A stretch of DNA of 64,000 bases from an uncultured Planctomycetia bacterium (GTDB taxonomy: Bacteria > Omnitrophota > Gorgyraeia > 1-14-0-20-64-10). The first letter of the stretch is position 1. Each line of letters starts with the position of its first letter. This document shows, piece by piece, positions 58,439 to 64,000 of this stretch. Below the pieces are notes generated by a model. The model had not been told where the DNA came from, ran no database searches, and was given only the letters and a program-made list of their open reading frames with translations. The translations under genes were made by a program, and so were the position numbers. The stretch covers positions 13,695 to 77,694 of the forward strand of contig CAZQXN010000006.1 of assembly GCA_964597545.1 (NCBI GenBank). The letters run 5' to 3'.

Positions 58439-61400
58439 GTGATGCATATGGTTAAGAGGGGGTTTCTACCCACAACGTTAGCCCTTTTCTTAAGCCTCTC
58501 CCTTGGCTTGTTTGTTGTGAGCGCGACCTTCGGGGAGGCCAAAGAGGAAAGCTGCGCCTTTACGCTGCGCACCCTAGAGACCGCTGAGTTCGCATCCGGC
58601 TTAGAGGAACTGGAGATGCGCCTAACCGAAGATTGGTCTGCAGCCGGTCTGGGGGAGGGCGCAGAGACCGTCCTAGGCATTACCGATACCGTAGCAACTG
58701 TCCAGACACTCCTTCGTGGTGGTACCGTTTTTCTTGGCAGCGTAGGTTTTGAAACAAAAGCAGGCCTGGAGGAATGGACCACCTTGGACTGGAAGAACCC
58801 TGGCTCGATTCGCCATTTTGTTTTAGCAGTTGCAGGCAACAGCCCGAGAACCCCACTGGTCATTCAGGCGATACCTCGCCAATCCGAAAACAAATTTGAT
58901 GTCTTGGTGCATCCAGCGCAGAGCCCTCCACCTGGGTTGCCTGTGCCAGATGCAGCTCAGACGCTCAACCTGGTCTCCCGCCATGATCAGGTCCGTACGG
59001 TTGAGATTCACGGACAGACTCGGCAGGAATTTCCAGCGAATGATTTTTCTCTACTCGAACCTGCTGAGCGCATTGAAATCGCCCGACGACTGAACCGGCT
59101 CTCAGGTGACAGAGGGGTTTGGGTTCGTTTTGTGCTGATTGCGGTTGAGATGGGCAGGCCCGCCCTTAAGGTGATCGCCATGCCTGTTCTGGCCGTTGAC
59201 CCTTCGACCCCTGATGTCGCGCAGGTTGAGTCTGGCCTCGAGGAAACACCCGCTATTCTCAGAAAGGCTCGTGAGGTCATTCAGAAACAAGGGGTACTGT
59301 GGCTTTTTGGCCGTTTCTTAGAGACGAGCGTGGATGACGGAACCCGTGCCCGTTGGGCGCAGCAAGGCATTCACTTCGGGGATAATCGTGCAGGGTACAG
59401 GCAGCTTTTGGGCGTTAACATGCCGGTTGCCGGCCTTGGAACTCCCCATGAGCGCCCCGGACATTTCATTAGGATTGAGAGGTTGGGATATGTACCCGAG
59501 GCAATCGCGGACAGGCAAGACCAGACAGGCGAACGCGATAAGCTCCTCATCACCTATGCCCCTGGCACAAAGGTGGTCCACCGCGCGGAGAAGAGAACAC
59601 GAGAGGTTCCCTCTAAGGCCTTTTGGGGGTTGGCAGGGCGGCTCGGGCGCAAGCAGCAGGAACCCTATGAGACGCAGGTTCAGGAACGGGTAGTTGACAC
59701 GAGCCGGCTTGCCTCCATGGGGGATGTTGCTCGGCCATACGAGGCGCTTACAGGGAGGCTCGATTCCAGTATCGCCTCGCAGAACGCCGTGAGCATCCAA
59801 TACATAGGTTGGACTGCCGGCCCGAGAGGCCAGTATTATTTCATGGTTGTTCTTCCAGAAGAAGACATGGGCGCTGAGCTGGCGGAATGGCTGCGCACCC
59901 ACCCTGAACAGGCACCTGTTCTCATTGAGCAGTTCTATCCTGATTTCTCCGACCTCCGCATTGCTCCTCCGCAGAATGTTGTGGATGTGTATCGGCATAC
60001 TTCTGATGAAGCGCTGAGGTGGTACCAACAGCACCATACCTGGGACGATCCCTTTAATGTATTCCTTGAGACAGTAAGCAGCAACGATGGAGACTTTCGC
60101 GATGAGCGTGGCGTGATAGCCCGGCAGGCCATGGAGCAGTTGTTCCACAAGGAGAGCGTCCCCATTGCTTCGGAGCCAACAGGCACGGGCCTGGAGGAGA
60201 GCGCGTTGCAAGGATTCCTGGTTCCTGCGGCTGTCGGGCCGATGGTGTCGAAGATTATTCCGGTTCCCCAAAGAGGCATCTTGTACGGCATTGAACTGGG
60301 CCATGAAATCCGAGAGGCCGCTTTATTCCCGACCGCCGCACCGGACGAGGCAATCTATAGCCCCACCCGAGGAACGTTGATCTCTCTGGACGCCCATACC
60401 CTGAAGCGCAATAGGGAAGGCCCCAAGGTGGCCCAGGCGCTTGTTTCTGCAGATGGAGAGAATCTCTATGCTGTGGAGGGGTCCACCGGAGTGATGTTGC
60501 GCTTAGATCCGAATACCCTGCAGATGGCGGCCAGAGGCGAACATCCTGCCGAGATGGCTGCCCTTTCTCCGGACGGCAACTCCCTGATCATTGTTGATAA
60601 GCAGACAGGGCAACTGGTTCGATTGGATCTAGAAGATCATCTAAGAGAGGTTGCCCGGAGCGAGGCGGCTGTCGTGCTCGACCCAGATGCTTTTCTGGTG
60701 ACCGATGAGGGGGTATATGCCTTTGATCGGCAGAGGGGCCGGCTTCTTCGTTTTGACCTGAATAACCTCAGTGTTGCGGCGCGGTTTGGTGGGAACTTGA
60801 TTGAGTTTGCAGTGGATCAGGAGTGCAACGCCCTTTTCGCTATTGAAGCGAATGGGTGGGAGCGGCAGATTGTCCGTTTCGACACCGAGGGCGGCGCAGA
60901 GACAGCGCGCACCCCAGAGGGCACTCGGTACGGCACTCCGGTGCTGGGGGCGGACCCCGATGCGCTCTACGCGACCGACATAGACAGAAACGTTGTTGTC
61001 CGGTTTGACGCTGTTGCGTTGACCCGGGAGGCGGCCGGCTTGCCGGAGGAGCTGATGGATGAATATTATCCCTCAACGGTGCCCGGCGTCCTCTTCGGGA
61101 TAAAGCATTCCGCCGCGGAAGGGGAGGGCGTTCCCCTGCTTGCCGATTCGCAGGGGCTTCGGGTGCAGGGGTGGGGACCCACCATCAGCTTGCAATGGCT
61201 GAGAAAGCCCGTTGCGTACGACAACTATTTTTATGCGGCCAATCCAAATTGGGATTTGATGCGCCTGAAGCTCCTCCCTTTTGAAGAGGTTCTGGATTTC
61301 TTTGTTGAGCGGTCCGATTCACTCGGCCTCAATTTTCTTGCTCCTCTCTTGGAACGCGATTTGCGGCAGGCAGCTTCCGATGAGGCGTCATTTCAGGGCC

Positions 61401-63715
61401 GCTACGGAGTTTCGTCCGAAACTGCACTCGGGGAACTTCAGAGGCTGGTTTCGGCACAATTCGAGGAGGGCGACTTTCTGGAGATTGAGCGGCAGGCGGC
61501 AGCGCGGGATATCCTGCTGCGCCTCTCCGATACCGCCGGTTTGGAGGAGGATTGGTTTGAGGTTCATCAATACAGAGACGGCGACAAGACGGCGCTTCTG
61601 GAGGCGTTTGAGAAGCTGAAGGACGCCGCCGTTACATTGGATCAAGAGGAGATAGGACTTATCAAGAGACTCCGCGAAGTCGCCGGTGAGGCTGCAAAAC
61701 GGGTGAAGCGGAAGCAGGACCAAGAATGGCCGGTGGGTTATGTGCCCTCTCCCCTGCAGGATACGGCGCGAGTGTTCAGATTTGCCGAGCTTCAGCCAGG
61801 AGATGAGGTTTTGGATCTGGGCGGTGCAGACGGAAGAGTCGCCTTTCTTGCCGCCTCAGATCTTTTCAGGGCTCACGCTGTCAGTCCTGAGATAAACGAA
61901 TATTTGCTCGATAAAGCCAGAGCCGGCGAGAAGGCTCTGGTGGATGCGCGGTTGATTCCTCAAGGCAGCGTGAAGCTGATGAGAAAGAATTTCATGTTCC
62001 CCAGGTGGAGTGGTTTTAAGCTCATCCACTACTTTTCATTTGGATCCGATATACCTGCCGCAGAGATCTCCGGGAAAGTGCTTGAAGAGCTGGTTGTGGG
62101 CGGGAAGTTTGTTGTGAGGGGCTCCAGGGCAGAGGACCTGCATGCGGGAAAAACCCTTTATGAGGATTTCAGGAGGTTGATGCGCTCAGAGGATTTTGAG
62201 TTTGCGCGGTTGCCGCAATACAGGTCCTGGGTCTTTACCCGCGTTTCAGACAGCGAAAAGCGCGCCGCCGGCCAGGAGGAGGGGGTGGAGCAGCTGGTGG
62301 TGATTGTCCACGCAAGTAAAGCGGCAGGTTTTGATCGCATTGCCAAGATTACCCGCCAAGTCAGGCCGGATATCGAAGTGACACTTCTCGAGGTGCTCAA
62401 CGATGGTAGTTATCGTTTCGATGACCAACCCATGGATTACGATACCTTGGTTGACGAGGTCGACATGCGGCCGAAAACAGCAGGTGTCATGCTGGGTTGG
62501 GACAGCCTTGCCAGCGATTTTGCTCTGCAGCCCGATACCGGGGTAGCGAACCTTCAAATTATCTTCGCAATTGGCCCCAACGCAGATCTTCACCGCAGCC
62601 GGAAGGTCGAGTTGTATCCGGTGATCCACGCCTCACTTGCTACCAAAGACCATACGATTCGGAAGAAGCTCGAGAGGTTTTTGGGCGTTGGCTTGGAGGA
62701 GGAGCAGGCCGATCCGAACCGAGTTCGAGAGGTGATCCGGCGATTAGGGGAGATGTCCGGGAAGATTTCTGTTGCCAAGATTTGGGAACAAACAGAACCG
62801 GAGGAGTTTAAGCTAACGCAGGTTCGTTTTGCTGGTTTTTTCAAGCTTTGGACCATTCATGTGACTGAGGGTCTCGCTGTGTCGAGGAAACCCTCTGGTA
62901 GTTACTCTATGGACCCATCCGGCCAGCGATTTGTCACGGTCGAGGAGGTGCCGGCTGATACTCTGCAAACGTTTGTTGGTGATGAGACGTTGGTTTACCG
63001 TGAAAGCGCTTCCAGTTTGGATGAACCATCAGAGGAAAGCTCTCTGCCTCTTTTGAAGCAGGCTGAAATGGCCTTCTTCAGACGGCTGCTTCAGCGGCAG
63101 TTGTTAGATGCGGTTACTCGCCCCGGAAGAGACCGCCAAGCCCGTCAGACTCTAGAAGCTCTCACCGGCCTGAAGATGGAGGCAGTTGGGAAGTTGCTCA
63201 TAGCTGAAGAAGGAGTGTTCCCTTCAGAATCGACAGATTCTGGCCTGGAGGAAACCACTGTGCGTGAGGTCACCCCGATGGAATTCACCCGCCTCAGCGG
63301 CCAACCCACTCCCCCAGACACCCGCGCGGTCTTGGTGTTCTCCGGCCTGGAGGAGCAGACCCGCGTCCAACTCTTTGCCCAGGCCCCCCTCTTTGCCCCA
63401 TTCGCCCAATGGGCCCAAGACCACTTAGCAGAGCTCCCAGAGGGCCTCTCCCTCTTTGTCCTGCCCCTCCCCGACAACCCATCCCAGCTCCAAGCCCCGG
63501 GCCTGGTCCTTAAAGATGCCCTGCTGAATCTGCCCTTTCCTGCAGACCGCTCCACCCTGCCCATCCTTGAGCGGTACCGCTCCGATCCCCTCCCTGCATT
63601 AGCCCCTGTACTCTACTATGCCTTCACCGGCAAGACCGGCCAGATCAAGGCCTTGATCGGCATGACCTCCTGGATCGACGCCAACGGCAAGCGCATCTTC
63701 GCCTTCTTCGTGTAA
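58439..63715 (+). CDS. Giant modular secreted protein 3 (xG(L/Q)EE-delimited; beta-propeller, SAM methyltransferase and unknown modules)
   Basis: N-terminal hydrophobic signal; 9 linkers; VLDLGGADG motif I. Confidence 0.85.
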   Translation: MMHMVKRGFLPTTLALFLSLSLGLFVVSATFGEAKEESCAFTLRTLETAEFASGLEELEMRLTEDWSAAGLGEGAETVLGITDTVATVQTLLRGGTVFLGSVGFETKAGLEEWTTLDWKNPGSIRHFVLAVAGNSPRTPLVIQAIPRQSENKFDVLVHPAQSPPPGLPVPDAAQTLNLVSRHDQVRTVEIHGQTRQEFPANDFSLLEPAERIEIARRLNRLSGDRGVWVRFVLIAVEMGRPALKVIAMPVLAVDPSTPDVAQVESGLEETPAILRKAREVIQKQGVLWLFGRFLETSVDDGTRARWAQQGIHFGDNRAGYRQLLGVNMPVAGLGTPHERPGHFIRIERLGYVPEAIADRQDQTGERDKLLITYAPGTKVVHRAEKRTREVPSKAFWGLAGRLGRKQQEPYETQVQERVVDTSRLASMGDVARPYEALTGRLDSSIASQNAVSIQYIGWTAGPRGQYYFMVVLPEEDMGAELAEWLRTHPEQAPVLIEQFYPDFSDLRIAPPQNVVDVYRHTSDEALRWYQQHHTWDDPFNVFLETVSSNDGDFRDERGVIARQAMEQLFHKESVPIASEPTGTGLEESALQGFLVPAAVGPMVSKIIPVPQRGILYGIELGHEIREAALFPTAAPDEAIYSPTRGTLISLDAHTLKRNREGPKVAQALVSADGENLYAVEGSTGVMLRLDPNTLQMAARGEHPAEMAALSPDGNSLIIVDKQTGQLVRLDLEDHLREVARSEAAVVLDPDAFLVTDEGVYAFDRQRGRLLRFDLNNLSVAARFGGNLIEFAVDQECNALFAIEANGWERQIVRFDTEGGAETARTPEGTRYGTPVLGADPDALYATDIDRNVVVRFDAVALTREAAGLPEELMDEYYPSTVPGVLFGIKHSAAEGEGVPLLADSQGLRVQGWGPTISLQWLRKPVAYDNYFYAANPNWDLMRLKLLPFEEVLDFFVERSDSLGLNFLAPLLERDLRQAASDEASFQGRYGVSSETALGELQRLVSAQFEEGDFLEIERQAAARDILLRLSDTAGLEEDWFEVHQYRDGDKTALLEAFEKLKDAAVTLDQEEIGLIKRLREVAGEAAKRVKRKQDQEWPVGYVPSPLQDTARVFRFAELQPGDEVLDLGGADGRVAFLAASDLFRAHAVSPEINEYLLDKARAGEKALVDARLIPQGSVKLMRKNFMFPRWSGFKLIHYFSFGSDIPAAEISGKVLEELVVGGKFVVRGSRAEDLHAGKTLYEDFRRLMRSEDFEFARLPQYRSWVFTRVSDSEKRAAGQEEGVEQLVVIVHASKAAGFDRIAKITRQVRPDIEVTLLEVLNDGSYRFDDQPMDYDTLVDEVDMRPKTAGVMLGWDSLASDFALQPDTGVANLQIIFAIGPNADLHRSRKVELYPVIHASLATKDHTIRKKLERFLGVGLEEEQADPNRVREVIRRLGEMSGKISVAKIWEQTEPEEFKLTQVRFAGFFKLWTIHVTEGLAVSRKPSGSYSMDPSGQRFVTVEEVPADTLQTFVGDETLVYRESASSLDEPSEESSLPLLKQAEMAFFRRLLQRQLLDAVTRPGRDRQARQTLEALTGLKMEAVGKLLIAEEGVFPSESTDSGLEETTVREVTPMEFTRLSGQPTPPDTRAVLVFSGLEEQTRVQLFAQAPLFAPFAQWAQDHLAELPEGLSLFVLPLPDNPSQLQAPGLVLKDALLNLPFPADRSTLPILERYRSDPLPALAPVLYYAFTGKTGQIKALIGMTSWIDANGKRIFAFFV

Positions 63716-63716
63716 G

Positions 63717-63772
63717 ATCGGTACTCCAATCGGTACCAGGTACCAAAATCAGAAATCGGTACCTGGTACCAA
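63717..63772. repeat. GGTACCWGGTACC palindrome cluster
   Basis: ATCGGTACCAGGTACC ... ATCGGTACCTGGTACC immediately after the stop of giant gene 3. Confidence 0.8.
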
Positions 63773-63798
63773 GCGCTATACGTTATGATGGTGTTGCG

Positions 63799-64000
63799 AT
63801 GAGGATCAAAGAGAGCTTTCTGGCATGGGTTGTGCGGCGTAAGCGCTTTGTGCGTATGGTCACCGTGCTTTTCCTGGTGATTTACTGCATCCCCATGCTT
63901 GCCGGCACGTTGGCGATCGGGCGGATGAAGCGGGAGATGAAGGAGAAGCTTTCCATGACCGCCGAGTCCATCTCCTGGCGCTGGCCCATGGAGTTTGTGG
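63799..64000 (+). CDS. Membrane protein N-terminus (3' truncated by window edge)
   Basis: Open frame MRIKESFLAWVVRRKRFVRMVTVLFLVIYCIPMLAG... with one TM segment. Confidence 0.45.
   Translation, partial: MRIKESFLAWVVRRKRFVRMVTVLFLVIYCIPMLAGTLAIGRMKREMKEKLSMTAESISWRWPMEFV

Noticed and set aside
22721-63715. Diversity-generating retroelement, integron or intein explanation for the giant genes
   Set aside because: No reverse transcriptase, TR/VR pair, integrase, attC-like stem or intein Cys...His-Asn motifs visible in the window

Overview
GC-rich bacterial window, probably from an anaerobic Omnitrophota/PVC-type genome (inferred from gene content and style, not verified). From left to right it contains: (1) a RiPP-like cluster with an ABC permease, S24/S26 peptidase-GNAT, PqqD/RRE, three GT2 genes, a GNAT, an HPr-kinase-like protein and a 39-aa precursor carrying a lasso-type leader; (2) tRNA-Leu and a free-standing LAGLIDADG ORF; (3) housekeeping genes smpB, ssrA, amidase, murI, queC, queE, rph, rdgB and AsmA-like proteins; (4) tRNA-Pro, -Arg and -His followed by small toxin-antitoxin islets; (5) two Hdr-Mvh [NiFe]-hydrogenase operons, the first with embedded KorABCD and a fumarate-reductase-like pair, the second with hyp genes including a HypA-HypF fusion. 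The standout feature is three giant signal-peptide-bearing proteins (1999, 1625 and 1758 aa). Each is a string of unrelated modules (WD40, NDK, methyltransferase, propeller, unknowns) separated by an xG(L/Q)EE linker, with 32 copies in total, mostly encoded by the same DNA word GGCCWGGAGGA. The three genes share an upstream box and promoter layout and a downstream GGTACCWGGTACC palindrome cluster. This looks like a modular cassette/polyprotein secretion system. All calls are from reading the sequence; no database search was run.
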